Notes: generated by a model from the sequence alone, not told the origin. A stretch of DNA of 64,000 nucleotides from Bacilli bacterium (GCA_024408085.1 JAKSVH010000007.1:6914-70913); one strand, 5' to 3'; numbered from the stretch's first letter, positions 45,428 through 54,920 are shown. Made by a program: numbers and translations.

Positions 45428-47294
45428 AAAATTACTTGCAGGTGTTTGCGCATTATCAGGTGCATTCATCCTCGCATCATGTGATCCTATCTCAGCAGTT
45501 CCAACCAACTATGATGAACCTATTGTTATTAACGCAGATGGTTCAGCAGTAGCTGGTGACGACAACAAGACAGGAAAAATCTATGATTCTGTCGCTACTG
45601 ACAGAAATACCAAGATTGTCTCTGACCTTCTTGAAGAAGTTGCTTTAGGTAGATTTGGTTCCTACAAGGAAATCAAAGATGCTAACGCAAACGATGAAAC
45701 AAGACTCGCATTTGTTAACAAATATTCAAAAGTCTTCCACCGTGATGGTGATGACAAATTTGCTGACAAAGGAGTTGATGCTAATGCAGTTCGTTTAAAT
45801 CGTTTCAAAATCTTCTATGAAGATATCATGGACAGAATTAACGAATTCTTCTATAACGAAATTACTTCTGGTTCATATAATGACGATGAAGGAAAATTCG
45901 ATGAGTCAAAACTTTGGATGGCTCACTACTATGAATTCTATGATCTCCAACCAATTCCAGATGGAGCTACATTCAACACATTCTTCGTTACAAATAAATT
46001 AACAAAGAAGAATGCATATTCATTCTTACATGATTTATATTCTAACTCTGAAGAAGGAAAACGTGGCTACATTGAAGAAAAGGTCTTCCCACAAATTCTT
46101 AAAGACAAACTCGTCGAAGAATATGTTTACAACAACAACTACTCTTCACTTGGACGTGCATACGCTCGTAAAGTCAACTACATTAAAGTTTCTTACGAAA
46201 ACGACGTCACCCCATGGAAGATGTTAAAGAAATATGCTGAAGACCACATTATTAATAATACTGCTGGCAATATTGATTTTGAAATCATTGCTAAAGCAAT
46301 TAAGGGTTTCGATGATGTTGGCGCATTCGAAGGCGCTACAGATGATGGTATTCTTCCACTTGAAGGTTCAACCGACGAAACTGCTATTGCAGCTCAACAA
46401 TTACTCGTTGATACACTTGGAACAGATGCATCCGCATACGTTACAATTGATTCAAGTGCTGCACACATGGCACACTACACACTCGGTGGTGTCGAATTAG
46501 TCAAAGCAGGTAGTTACTACAAAGAATCAAAACTTGGTGAACTCTTAGTTTCTTATGAAAAAGCTATTAAAGCAGAAGAATCTGGACGTTTCCCAATTGC
46601 TTCTGAAAAGGCTGAATTAGATAAATTCACATCAAGTGGAAAATCTAAAGCCTATGGCTTAAGAGAAAAACTTATCTCACTTGCTAAAGAAGACTACACA
46701 ACCGATGGTTGGTTTGTCAAAAATGGCGGCTTAAGTGAACTCCCATCAGCATTAAGAGATCGTTTATTCAACATTAACGTTGCAAACACTCTTGATGATG
46801 GTTCATTAAAATATGAAGCTAACATTACTGAACCAGTTGAAGTCGATGGCGTTATGCATTACCCAATGGGCGCATACGAAACAGACAAGAACGGTAAAGA
46901 CGTCAAGAGAGCTCCATACATGAGAAACATCAATGGCAACAAGTTTGTCATTCCAGCAAAATCTCAAGCATATGCTGCTAACCCATACAACTACGTCTAT
47001 CAAGACGTTGATGGCAAAGCATTCTACATTGTCTTAGTTGAAGAAGCTCCATCAACACCAAAATTGAATCTTGATTCTGCTACATCTTATAGCAAACTCC
47101 TTGAAACAAAGAATGATGTCTTCAAAACCGAAACAATTGCAAGAGAAGTTGCAAAAGTCTTAGGAACAAAAGATTCCTACATCAAGGATGCTTACACAGA
47201 AATCCTTAAAGGATACGAATTCACATTCTACGAGACTTCACTCTATGAACACTTCAAGAGCGAATATCCAGATTTGTTTGATGACGAAGACTAA
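45408..47294 (+). CDS. large lipoprotein, function unknown (628 aa)
   Basis: Lipobox ILASCDP, AAGGAG upstream. Its start overlaps the end of the upstream lipoprotein gene by 20 nt. No family recognised. Confidence 0.6.
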   Translation: MEKNISKKLLAGVCALSGAFILASCDPISAVPTNYDEPIVINADGSAVAGDDNKTGKIYDSVATDRNTKIVSDLLEEVALGRFGSYKEIKDANANDETRLAFVNKYSKVFHRDGDDKFADKGVDANAVRLNRFKIFYEDIMDRINEFFYNEITSGSYNDDEGKFDESKLWMAHYYEFYDLQPIPDGATFNTFFVTNKLTKKNAYSFLHDLYSNSEEGKRGYIEEKVFPQILKDKLVEEYVYNNNYSSLGRAYARKVNYIKVSYENDVTPWKMLKKYAEDHIINNTAGNIDFEIIAKAIKGFDDVGAFEGATDDGILPLEGSTDETAIAAQQLLVDTLGTDASAYVTIDSSAAHMAHYTLGGVELVKAGSYYKESKLGELLVSYEKAIKAEESGRFPIASEKAELDKFTSSGKSKAYGLREKLISLAKEDYTTDGWFVKNGGLSELPSALRDRLFNINVANTLDDGSLKYEANITEPVEVDGVMHYPMGAYETDKNGKDVKRAPYMRNINGNKFVIPAKSQAYAANPYNYVYQDVDGKAFYIVLVEEAPSTPKLNLDSATSYSKLLETKNDVFKTETIAREVAKVLGTKDSYIKDAYTEILKGYEFTFYETSLYEHFKSEYPDLFDDED

Positions 47295-47302
47295 TTAAAC
47301 TT

Positions 47303-47336
47303 TTAGGGAGATCCTCGCGGTCTCCCTTTATTTTTG
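47303..47336 (+). terminator. intrinsic terminator
   Basis: AGGGAGA...TCTCCCT hairpin followed by TTATTTTT. Confidence 0.75.
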
Positions 47337-47345
47337 GAGAAATCT

Positions 47346-47768
47346 ATGTACGACAAAGATTGTATTTTTTGTAAAATAGCTCAAGGAATTATTCCAAGCC
47401 ATATTGTTTATGAAGATGACGATGTTATTGCTTTCTTAGACATTTCACAAGTCACTCAAGGACACACGCTCGTAATTCCTAAGAACCACACTCAAAACTT
47501 CCTAACTGCAGAAAAAGACATTATGCACAAAGTTATGGATGTTGCTCAACGTATAGGGCAGGCCCAAATTAGCATTTTAGGGGCCAAAGCAGTCAACATA
47601 TTAACAAATGTTAATAAAGAGGCAGGCCAAAGCGTTTACCACTTCCACGTGCACGTTATTCCACGTTATGTCGCAGATGATGGATTTAGAATTGAGATGA
47701 AAGAAAACGACAAGCTTGGTGAGTTATCTCTTCCAGCACTTGCATCTCAAATTAAAAAGGCTATTTAA
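47346..47768 (+). CDS. HIT-family (Hint-like) nucleotide hydrolase
   Basis: ATG at 47346 after GGAGA (the ORF-track start at 47334 is TTG). CIFCKI and HFHVHVIP histidine-triad motifs; 140 aa. Confidence 0.88.
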   Translation: MYDKDCIFCKIAQGIIPSHIVYEDDDVIAFLDISQVTQGHTLVIPKNHTQNFLTAEKDIMHKVMDVAQRIGQAQISILGAKAVNILTNVNKEAGQSVYHFHVHVIPRYVADDGFRIEMKENDKLGELSLPALASQIKKAI

Positions 47769-47774
47769 TTAAAT

Positions 47775-47815
47775 TAAAACGGAGACCACTTAATGTGAAT
47801 CTCCGTTTTTATTTT
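47775..47815. terminator. intrinsic terminator between convergent genes
   Basis: AAACGGAGA-N14-TCTCCGTTT hairpin followed by a T-run. Confidence 0.7.
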
Positions 47816-48759
47816 TATTTGTTTCTGTTTTTTGGTTTATAGAATGAAGTATCATCCATCATCCAAAGTCTTGGGGTAAATTCTCCTTCATTCACAGTTG
47901 CAAGAGCCTTATCTAAGATCATTTGACGTGAGTCCATCATGTCAATTTCTGCAAGAAGCAAAGCTTCTCTTGTAGAAGGCATAACTGGTGAACCAAATTC
48001 AAGTGTTCCATGGTGAGCAAGAATCATATGTTCAAGAAGTAATGGAACTTCTGATGTGATTCCAAGGCCATCAATAACTCTCTTAACTTCTGCGTAACCT
48101 GCAGCAATGTGACCAACAAGTTTACCTTCGGTAGTTTGAACTGGTGCAATTGGATTTTCATATTCAATTGTCTTACCAATGTCGTGCATTAATGCTCCTG
48201 CTATAAGAATATCTCTATCAACTTGAGTATAAATGTGAGCAATTGCGTCTGCTACATCAGCCATAAACAATGAGTGATGTAAGATTCCTGAACCAAATTC
48301 ATGGTGAACCTTTACAGCGCCTGGATAAGTAATGTATTTATCATAGAAATGGCTGATAACAGCTTTAGTAATCTTTTCAACATCTTTATCAGTGAAGCTG
48401 TTTAGATATTTATCTAATTTAGCTGTCATTTCTTCTAGAGGAATTGGTGAAACTCTAGCAAAGTCAGACATTTCAATCTCGTCTGGATTATCAATCTTTC
48501 CAACTGTTACAACCTTAAGTTGTGGTTGTCCTTTGTATAAATTAACAATTCCATCCACCATTACAACACATCCTGGTGCCATAACACGAAGATCTGATTC
48601 GCTTGCATCCCACTTTTTACCTTCAATAGTTCCAGTTTTATCTTGGAATGTTACATTGATGTAACTTAAACCTTTATCTGTTGTTCCTTTTGCGGAATTG
48701 CAGACTAAAAGCTGTCCCACAATATGGTCGCCATCAACTAAATCTTTAACCCATTTCAT
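47815..48759 (-). CDS. yhaM: 3'-5' exoribonuclease YhaM (OB-fold + HD domain)
   Basis: N-terminal OB fold, HD motifs (HH..F, LMHDIGK, AHHG); 314 aa. Confidence 0.85.
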   Translation of the reverse strand: MKWVKDLVDGDHIVGQLLVCNSAKGTTDKGLSYINVTFQDKTGTIEGKKWDASESDLRVMAPGCVVMVDGIVNLYKGQPQLKVVTVGKIDNPDEIEMSDFARVSPIPLEEMTAKLDKYLNSFTDKDVEKITKAVISHFYDKYITYPGAVKVHHEFGSGILHHSLFMADVADAIAHIYTQVDRDILIAGALMHDIGKTIEYENPIAPVQTTEGKLVGHIAAGYAEVKRVIDGLGITSEVPLLLEHMILAHHGTLEFGSPVMPSTREALLLAEIDMMDSRQMILDKALATVNEGEFTPRLWMMDDTSFYKPKNRNK

Positions 48760-49523
48760 TTTCTTAACTCCTTTACGTAATTAATATCGTTTATTCGATA
48801 ACCTTTACTAAGTAAACTTGCAGTTATCTTTTGATTTAATTCAAATCCGACGTACTTTCGAGAGTACTTCGAAAAGCATTTGTCGTAATCTAATTTTAAC
48901 ACATTTATTTCATGCATGTGATTAGAGTTAGAAAATTTATTAACTAACTCTAACGAAAGTGACTCCTCAAATCCATAACGAACAAGACTAGAGGCAATAG
49001 ATTTTTTGCGTCCAAAATCATTCTTATTTTTGTAACGATTTTTAAGAATTTCTATTTGCAAAATTGCTTCTTTTTCTTCTCTTTTTGAATTATATTCAAC
49101 ATTCTGAATTTCTTTTTGAGAAATTTTTCTGTCATTTAGCATTTTTATAATCCTAAAATAACCATAATGTTTGGTGTCGCAGAAGGAGATTATTTCTTCC
49201 ACCATTTTCTTTTCGTTAATAAAATCATATTTTCTTAATTTTTCTAAAACTTTTTTGATTTGTTGCTTATTGGCGCCTTTCTTTTGTAAGAATTCTTCTA
49301 TTTTGTTTGGAGAATAGGCTCCAAGCATCAATCTTTGTGTTGCAGCAACAAAATATTGCTCAATTTTGTTATCTTCTTTAATTTTAGAAAGTTCATCTTC
49401 TTCTATTATCTTATTTATATATAAGTTATAGGACGCATATGTAGAAAGTAGAATTTCAATTTTTTCTGTGTCCAAAGTGATCAAAACTTTAGTTTTCATT
49501 TTCTTAATTTTAATTATTTTCAT
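48756..49523 (-). CDS. recX: RecX-family regulatory protein (tentative)
   Basis: 255 aa. The N-terminal beta region is followed by repeated three-helix units of the type S..EI...L.KKG......I..VL..L. The architecture matches Firmicute RecX, but the sequence is very divergent. Confidence 0.5.
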   Translation of the reverse strand: MKIIKIKKMKTKVLITLDTEKIEILLSTYASYNLYINKIIEEDELSKIKEDNKIEQYFVAATQRLMLGAYSPNKIEEFLQKKGANKQQIKKVLEKLRKYDFINEKKMVEEIISFCDTKHYGYFRIIKMLNDRKISQKEIQNVEYNSKREEKEAILQIEILKNRYKNKNDFGRKKSIASSLVRYGFEESLSLELVNKFSNSNHMHEINVLKLDYDKCFSKYSRKYVGFELNQKITASLLSKGYRINDINYVKELRK

Positions 49524-49634
49524 TTTAGTTCTCCTTGTAAAATTTAGATTTTTAATTTATTATATTCGCAAGATGATCGCCTCTTCGTGAGGTTAGTTAG
49601 TTGGTCCGCCATCTATGATGTTCCGCAACTTGTA

Positions 49635-49961
49635 TCATCTTTTTTTATTTAAAAAATCGTTAATTTGTTTAATGTTCGACTCATTAAGTTTTATATCTTT
49701 CCACTTTTCTTTTTTAGTATAGATTGGGTCGTTACGAATATACCTTACAAAGTAATAATCTTTTTCAGAATTTGTTGGTTTAACAATAAACTTTTCATAT
49801 TTATCTTTTGGTATATCAGTAATTCGTCCTTCTCTATCCTTTTTAAATTGAGGACTGTGTGTCATTTCTATACTTTTCCAATATTTAGTTTCTAAATTTT
49901 CTTCAACCTCAATTGCTGGATGACCATGTTTAGAATTTCTATAAACTTCGTATTTTGACAT
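49635..49961 (-). CDS. hypothetical small basic protein (108 aa), orphan
   Basis: ATG with GAAAGG upstream. Lys-rich, with no TM or signal peptide. No family recognised from motifs. Confidence 0.45.
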   Translation of the reverse strand: MSKYEVYRNSKHGHPAIEVEENLETKYWKSIEMTHSPQFKKDREGRITDIPKDKYEKFIVKPTNSEKDYYFVRYIRNDPIYTKKEKWKDIKLNESNIKQINDFLNKKR

Positions 49962-50063
49962 TTTGATACCTTTCTACGCCAAAAAAGGCGTACATAACAC
50001 CTATCCTTTAACCTTCTTGCTAATATTTTAACATGGAATTTAAAAATCTATTCCCACTTTTCG

Positions 50064-50091
50064 CATAAAAAAAGACACACAAGTGTGTCTC
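50064..50091 (-). terminator. intrinsic terminator after the tRNA Ile-Val-Thr-Leu operon
   Basis: AGACACAC-tt-GTGTGTCT hairpin followed by TTTTTTTAT on the minus strand. Confidence 0.75.
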
Positions 50092-50102
50092 TTCAATCAA
50101 TT

Positions 50103-50187
50103 TGGTGGAGATAACAGGACTTGAACCTGCACGGGTTGCCCCACTAGATCCTAAGTCTAGCGCGTCTGCCAGTTTCGCCACATCTCC
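50103..50187 (-). tRNA. tRNA-Leu (anticodon TAG)
   Basis: Acceptor GGAGATG/TATCTCC, anticodon loop cTTAGGa, long variable arm, encoded CCA. Confidence 0.88.
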
Positions 50188-50194
50188 AAGGAAA

Positions 50195-50270
50195 TGGTGC
50201 CTTCTATCGGACTTGAACCAATAACCTACCGCTTACAAGGCGGTTGCTCTGCCAATTGAGCTAAGAAGGC
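50195..50270 (-). tRNA. tRNA-Thr (anticodon TGT)
   Basis: Acceptor GCCTTCT/AGAAGGC, anticodon loop cTTGTAa, encoded CCA. Confidence 0.9.
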
Positions 50271-50273
50271 ATC

Positions 50274-50349
50274 TGGTGGGCGCTACAAGGTTCGAACTTG
50301 TGACCTCTTCCGTGTGAAGGAAACGCTCTCCCAACTGAGCTAAGTGCCC
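50274..50349 (-). tRNA. tRNA-Val (anticodon CAC)
   Basis: Acceptor GGGCACT/AGCGCCC (one A-C mismatch), anticodon loop ttCACac, encoded CCA. Confidence 0.85.
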
Positions 50350-50403
50350 TTCGGGGGTTTGTTCCCCTTATAATAACAGCCCCTAGGGGCTGAAATTAAC
50401 AAA

Positions 50404-50480
<77 letters not shown>

Positions 50481-50504
50481 ATGTTGCGTTTTTCGCGCTT
50501 TAAT

Positions 50505-50533
50505 AATATACAACAATGTTTATATATTATCAA
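50505..50533 (-). promoter_or_regulatory. sigma-70-type promoter of the tRNA operon
   Basis: Minus strand: TTGATA, 17 nt, TATATT, about 20 nt upstream of tRNA-Ile. Confidence 0.55.
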
Positions 50534-50594
50534 TATAAATTTGGGGTTAAGGAGCCTCGCCATAGACGAGGCCCCTGCAAATAGAAACAAAATA

Positions 50595-50987
50595 TTAACG
50601 TTTGGAGAATTGTGGAGCACGACGTGCAGCTTTGAGACCGTATTTTTTACGTTCTTTAGCACGAGCGTCTCTTTTAACTAAGCCAGCAACTTTAAGAGCT
50701 TTTCTATCTTCACCTGCTTCAAGTAAAGCACGTGCGATACCAAGTCTAATTGCACCAGCTTGGCCAGTGAATCCACCACCTTGTACGAATGCTTCAACAT
50801 CGTACTTGTCAGCTTTACCAACAACCTCAAGAGGTTGTGATAAATCCATAACTAATGTGGCATATGGCATATAGGATTTGACATCTTGTCCATTAACGAC
50901 AATTTTGCCTTTTCCTGGAGTGACATAGACACGAGCAATGGAAGATTTACGTCTTCCAGTTCCGTAGAATTTCTTAACTTCTGCCAT
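50595..50987 (-). CDS. rpsI: 30S ribosomal protein S9
   Basis: ATG at 50987 ([14 protein letters not shown]) after AAGGAGA; C-terminal ...RRAPQFSKR; 130 aa. Confidence 0.96.
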   Translation of the reverse strand: MAEVKKFYGTGRRKSSIARVYVTPGKGKIVVNGQDVKSYMPYATLVMDLSQPLEVVGKADKYDVEAFVQGGGFTGQAGAIRLGIARALLEAGEDRKALKVAGLVKRDARAKERKKYGLKAARRAPQFSKR

Positions 50988-50998
50988 GGTTTTTCTCC

Positions 50999-51442
50999 TT
51001 ATTTCTTCCACACGAGGACCTCAGGTTTCTGAGCTTCGTGTTTGTGTTCTGGTCCCTTGTAAACGAAGAGTTTCTTCACAATTTGACGTCCTAATGGACC
51101 TTTTGGAAGCATACCCCAAATTGAACGGGTAACCATTTCTTCTGGATATCTTTCGACCATTTCGCCAGCTGTTCTGACTCTTAAGCCGCCAAGATATTGA
51201 GAATCGTTGTAATATTTTTTGTTTTGAAGTTTGTTTGTGCCAGATAAAGCTACTTTTTCACAGTTAACGATAATGACATAATCACCACAATCTACGTTTG
51301 GAGTATAGATTGGTTTGTCCTTACCCATTAATTTAACTGCAACAAAGGAAGCAAGACGACCATAAGGAATGCCGGTTGCATCAATGACATACCACTTACG
51401 TTCGATCTTTTCTGGTTTTGCGATCGTTGTTTGACGTTGCAT
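50999..51442 (-). CDS. rplM: 50S ribosomal protein L13
   Basis: ATG at 51442 ([22 protein letters not shown]) after AAGGAGG; 147 aa. Confidence 0.96.
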   Translation of the reverse strand: MQRQTTIAKPEKIERKWYVIDATGIPYGRLASFVAVKLMGKDKPIYTPNVDCGDYVIIVNCEKVALSGTNKLQNKKYYNDSQYLGGLRVRTAGEMVERYPEEMVTRSIWGMLPKGPLGRQIVKKLFVYKGPEHKHEAQKPEVLVWKK

Positions 51443-51508
51443 TTTTGTTTCCTCCTTACTCAAGCAATAATCTTACCGGGACTATTGATTTTTCATTGTG
51501 CGAGTTAG

Positions 51509-51537
51509 ATTATACTAAAACGTATTAATCTAGTCAA
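51509..51537 (-). promoter_or_regulatory. near-consensus sigma-70 promoter of rplM-rpsI
   Basis: Minus strand: TTGACT (51532-51537), 17 nt, TATAAT (51509-51514); about 60-nt leader. Confidence 0.7.
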
Positions 51538-51587
51538 AGACTTTTTTATATAGTTACAAAGTAAGAGGTTTTGAAACCGTCCAAATA

Positions 51588-51620
51588 AATAAAAAATATG
51601 CGCATTTTCGCGCATATTTT
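51588..51620 (-). terminator. intrinsic terminator after the yebC-family gene
   Basis: AATATGCGC-gaaaat-GCGCATATT hairpin followed by TTTTTTATTTATTT. Confidence 0.8.
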
Positions 51621-51637
51621 TCAGTTTTTTATAAGAA

Positions 51638-52342
51638 TTAGAGCTCGACGTTATGTGCAACGTTTTGGACGTCTTCACATTCTTCAAGAGCATCAATAAG
51701 TTCTTGGAATTTTTGTTTGGATTCATCATCTAATGTAACCCATTCATTTGGTTCCATACGAACTTCAGCTTCATCAAATTCTGTAATGTTCATTTCTGCA
51801 AGAACATCTTTTGCTTTGGCAAAAGCTTCTGGAGAAACTTGAACATAAATGTAGCCATCTTCTGCTTCAACTGATTGAACATCGACATCGCCAAGAATTA
51901 ATGCTTCTTCAACTGCGTCTCTATTGTCTCCCTTAAATGAGAGAATACCCATTTGGGTAAAGTTGAACATAACTGAACCTAAGTGACCGCCTTTACGAAC
52001 GATTTGAGTTCTAACTTCGACAAGTGCTCTATTTGGATTGTCTGTTAATGTATCAACAATTAATAATGAATTTCCAGGGCCAAATGCTTCGTAACGTCCT
52101 TCAACAAATGCGACTGCATCTCCACCTTGAGCTTTTTTAATAGCTCTATCAAAAACATCTCTTGGAACTGATTTTCCACGATATTTATCATAAACAGCTC
52201 TTAAAGCTAAGTTGGTCTTTGGATCTGGATCGCCAGTACGAGCTGCCATATATGCTTCTTTAGAAGCACGAGCATATAATGCTGATTTCATTGCGCCGGT
52301 CTTAGCCATAGCTGCGGCACGAACTTCATGATGTCTTCCCAT
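51638..52342 (-). CDS. YebC/PmpR-family protein (YeeN-like paralogue type)
   Basis: 234 aa. The N-terminal helical domain ...DPDPKTNLALRAV..K......VPRDVFDRAIKKAQGG and the C-terminal domains are typical of the family. Confidence 0.8.
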   Translation of the reverse strand: MGRHHEVRAAAMAKTGAMKSALYARASKEAYMAARTGDPDPKTNLALRAVYDKYRGKSVPRDVFDRAIKKAQGGDAVAFVEGRYEAFGPGNSLLIVDTLTDNPNRALVEVRTQIVRKGGHLGSVMFNFTQMGILSFKGDNRDAVEEALILGDVDVQSVEAEDGYIYVQVSPEAFAKAKDVLAEMNITEFDEAEVRMEPNEWVTLDDESKQKFQELIDALEECEDVQNVAHNVEL

Positions 52343-52408
52343 TGTAATATCTCCTTTTGGACGTGTTTAATTATACACTTCTTATTTAATAAGACAAACC
52401 CTAATTGT

Positions 52409-53149
52409 CTAATTGTATAAAACTTCCTTCAAATAAAGTCCTTCTGCAGGAGCCTTATATGAACTTGGTTTTCTCTCGTTTGAAACGAGATTTTTCTCAA
52501 TTTCTTCCTTTGATAATTTACCTAAACCAACCTGGACTAAATTACCCACAATCATCCTAACCATATAACGCATAAATCCATTTCCGGTTAGTTCGATATT
52601 TATGAATTTTTCATCTTCAGAAATTAAAATTTTTGTAATGTTACGAACAAAATTTTTATCGTCTTCTTCCTTTGATGTGAAGTTCTGAAAATTATGCTCT
52701 CCAATAAAGATTTTTGATACTTCTTTCATGGCCTCAATATCGAGTTTTGTTTTGAGCTGATATGCAAGATTTTCATTGAATGGATCAAAGTGATTTTTGT
52801 TCTCAATTTTGTATAAATAAGTCTTGCCTGTTGCAGAGAATCTTGCGTGGAAATTTTCATCAACTTCCTTCATATCAACAAGCACTATATCATTGGCAAT
52901 TAATTCGTTAAAACCATGGGAAAATTTGTAAAAATCTATATGTTTTCCCGTATTAAAATGAAAAGTTTGGCCGTAAGCATGAACGCCAGCATCGGTTCTT
53001 CCGGAGCCAAAAATCTTAATATCTTCATTCAAAATTTTTGACAAAACTTTTTCAATTTCTTCCTGCACAGAAGGTAACTTTGAAACGGTTTGTTTTTGCC
53101 ATCCACAATAGGCGGTTCCTTTGTATTGAACTGTCGCTAAATATCTCAT
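52409..53149 (-). CDS. truA: tRNA pseudouridine(38-40) synthase
   Basis: GSGRTDAGVHA catalytic motif, YxGT.Y.GWQ.Q N-terminus; ATGA overlap with ecfT; 246 aa. Confidence 0.93.
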   Translation of the reverse strand: MRYLATVQYKGTAYCGWQKQTVSKLPSVQEEIEKVLSKILNEDIKIFGSGRTDAGVHAYGQTFHFNTGKHIDFYKFSHGFNELIANDIVLVDMKEVDENFHARFSATGKTYLYKIENKNHFDPFNENLAYQLKTKLDIEAMKEVSKIFIGEHNFQNFTSKEEDDKNFVRNITKILISEDEKFINIELTGNGFMRYMVRMIVGNLVQVGLGKLSKEEIEKNLVSNERKPSSYKAPAEGLYLKEVLYN

Positions 53150-54075
53150 GCTTTTCTCCTTGCTGCATCAATAATTCCAACAAGAATAATGTAAATAAAA
53201 ATGCATATCAAAATTAGTGAATACCAAGGAACAAAACTTGTTGTTTGTAAGCTCCATTGATAATGAGACAAGATAATTGTTCCAGACATCAAAGCACCAA
53301 CCAAAATAAATGAGAACAAATCATTCAAAGAAAATCTTAAAATGTGGTATCTAGTTCTCTTTGCTTTTGGATCATAACCACGAGCTTCCATTGAGTCTGC
53401 TAATTCTTCTGAACGTTGGAAAGCAGAAATAAATAATGGAATTATTAATGAAACAATTGCTTTTAATCTTGCAGAAAGTTTTCCGTGTTTAAAATCAACA
53501 CCTCTAGATGATTGTGCTTTCATGATTCTATCTGTTTCATCCAACAAAGTTGGAATAAAACGAAGAGCAATAGAAATTGTCATAGCAACTTCATGTGCTG
53601 GGAACTTAACTAATTTCAATGGAGTTAGATACCACTCCAAACCATAAGTTAAGTCTAATGGCTTTGTTGTAGCGGTTAAAATCATGGTTAACTCAATCAT
53701 TAAGATTAATCTTAAAATAATCTTTAAGCTTTGGAAAATGGCTTCCCAATAAACATTTACACTTCCCATAGAAAAGGCAACGTTTTCGGCGCCTTTTGGA
53801 GGAATAAATATATTTATTACTAAAAGTAATATGATAAAGAACCACAAGACTCGAAGAGACTTAAAAATGTCTTTAACAGATACGTGCGAAATTAGAAGCA
53901 ATGCAAAAATGAATACTGCTAAAGCACCACCAACAATAAACGTGATTTCATATGTTGGGTAAGAAATAAAAACTGCCACCATTAAAGCTATAAGACAGAA
54001 AATCTTATTTCTTGCATCCATTCTATGAATGAATGAGTTATATGGAACATAGCGGCCTAAAGCAACGTTTGTCAT
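53146..54075 (-). CDS. ecfT: ECF transporter transmembrane component
   Basis: Multi-TM; conserved coupling helices (ALRFIP...A...RG) as in the CbiQ/EcfT family; 309 aa. Confidence 0.88.
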   Translation of the reverse strand: MTNVALGRYVPYNSFIHRMDARNKIFCLIALMVAVFISYPTYEITFIVGGALAVFIFALLLISHVSVKDIFKSLRVLWFFIILLLVINIFIPPKGAENVAFSMGSVNVYWEAIFQSLKIILRLILMIELTMILTATTKPLDLTYGLEWYLTPLKLVKFPAHEVAMTISIALRFIPTLLDETDRIMKAQSSRGVDFKHGKLSARLKAIVSLIIPLFISAFQRSEELADSMEARGYDPKAKRTRYHILRFSLNDLFSFILVGALMSGTIILSHYQWSLQTTSFVPWYSLILICIFIYIILVGIIDAARRKA

Positions 54076-54920
54076 TTTCTTGCCTCCGCTATTTCCTTAA
54101 CAAGATCTTCAAGCGAACGAATCTTGCTAACATCTAATTTCATGCCTTTTGCTTGCAAAAGATTTACGGTTTTTTGAATTAATGGAGTTTCTAAAGAATA
54201 TTGTTCAACATCTTCAGCAAAGAGTTTTTCTGGAACTGTTTGTAAAACAACCTTTCCTTCATTCATAACAATAACGTCTGTTGCGTACTCATAAACTATG
54301 TTTATATCATGAGTAACAAAGACAATTGTTGTGCCTTGCTCATTAAGCTTCTTGAATAAATCAAGAATGTACTTTGTACCACGAGGGTCTAAACCTGCTG
54401 TTGGCTCGTCTAAAACAAGTGTTTTTGGCTGTAAAGCTAAAATGCCAGCGATTGCGACTCTACGTTTTTCTCCACCACTAATCTCAAATGGAGATTTTTT
54501 ATAATAATCTTCTGGAATACCAACTGTTTTTAAACATTCGTGTGCAATTTTGAGAACGTCTTCTTTCTTCATACCGAAGTTCATTGGCCCGAAAGCAACA
54601 TCATCTTCAATTGTTTCTTCAAATAATTGATATTCTGAAAATTGGAACACAACTCCAACTTCTTTTCTTAAATCATGAAGTTTTTTGAGAGACTTGTTCT
54701 TCTTTTCAATGTGGTACTCATTCACATCAACTGAACCTGATGTTGGAATAAGCAAACCATTAAGCTGTTGAATGAGTGTAGATTTACCGCAGCCGGTGTG
54801 TCCAACGATGCATGTGAAAGAACCATCATTGATCGTTAAAGAGACACCTTTTAATGCCTCATGTCTAAATGGTGTTTTTTCAGAATAAGTGTAGAAAACA
54901 TTCTTGAAGTTTATTGGCAT
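54072..54920 (-). CDS. ecfA2: ECF transporter ATPase component A2
   Basis: GHTGCGKST, ISGGEKRR, LVLDEPTAGLD motifs; 282 aa. Confidence 0.9.
   Translation of the reverse strand: MPINFKNVFYTYSEKTPFRHEALKGVSLTINDGSFTCIVGHTGCGKSTLIQQLNGLLIPTSGSVDVNEYHIEKKNKSLKKLHDLRKEVGVVFQFSEYQLFEETIEDDVAFGPMNFGMKKEDVLKIAHECLKTVGIPEDYYKKSPFEISGGEKRRVAIAGILALQPKTLVLDEPTAGLDPRGTKYILDLFKKLNEQGTTIVFVTHDINIVYEYATDVIVMNEGKVVLQTVPEKLFAEDVEQYSLETPLIQKTVNLLQAKGMKLDVSKIRSLEDLVKEIAEARK

Noticed and set aside
49524-49634. GC-rich spacer as a guanidine-II (mini-ykkC) riboswitch, SRP RNA or tRNA 3'-end remnant (GGCGGACCA)
   Set aside because: There is only one hairpin, with an ACGAA loop, and no second ACGR hairpin. The downstream gene context is wrong. 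No SRP domain IV motif is present, and no T-arm precedes the ACCA. It is kept only as an unexplained GC-rich island.
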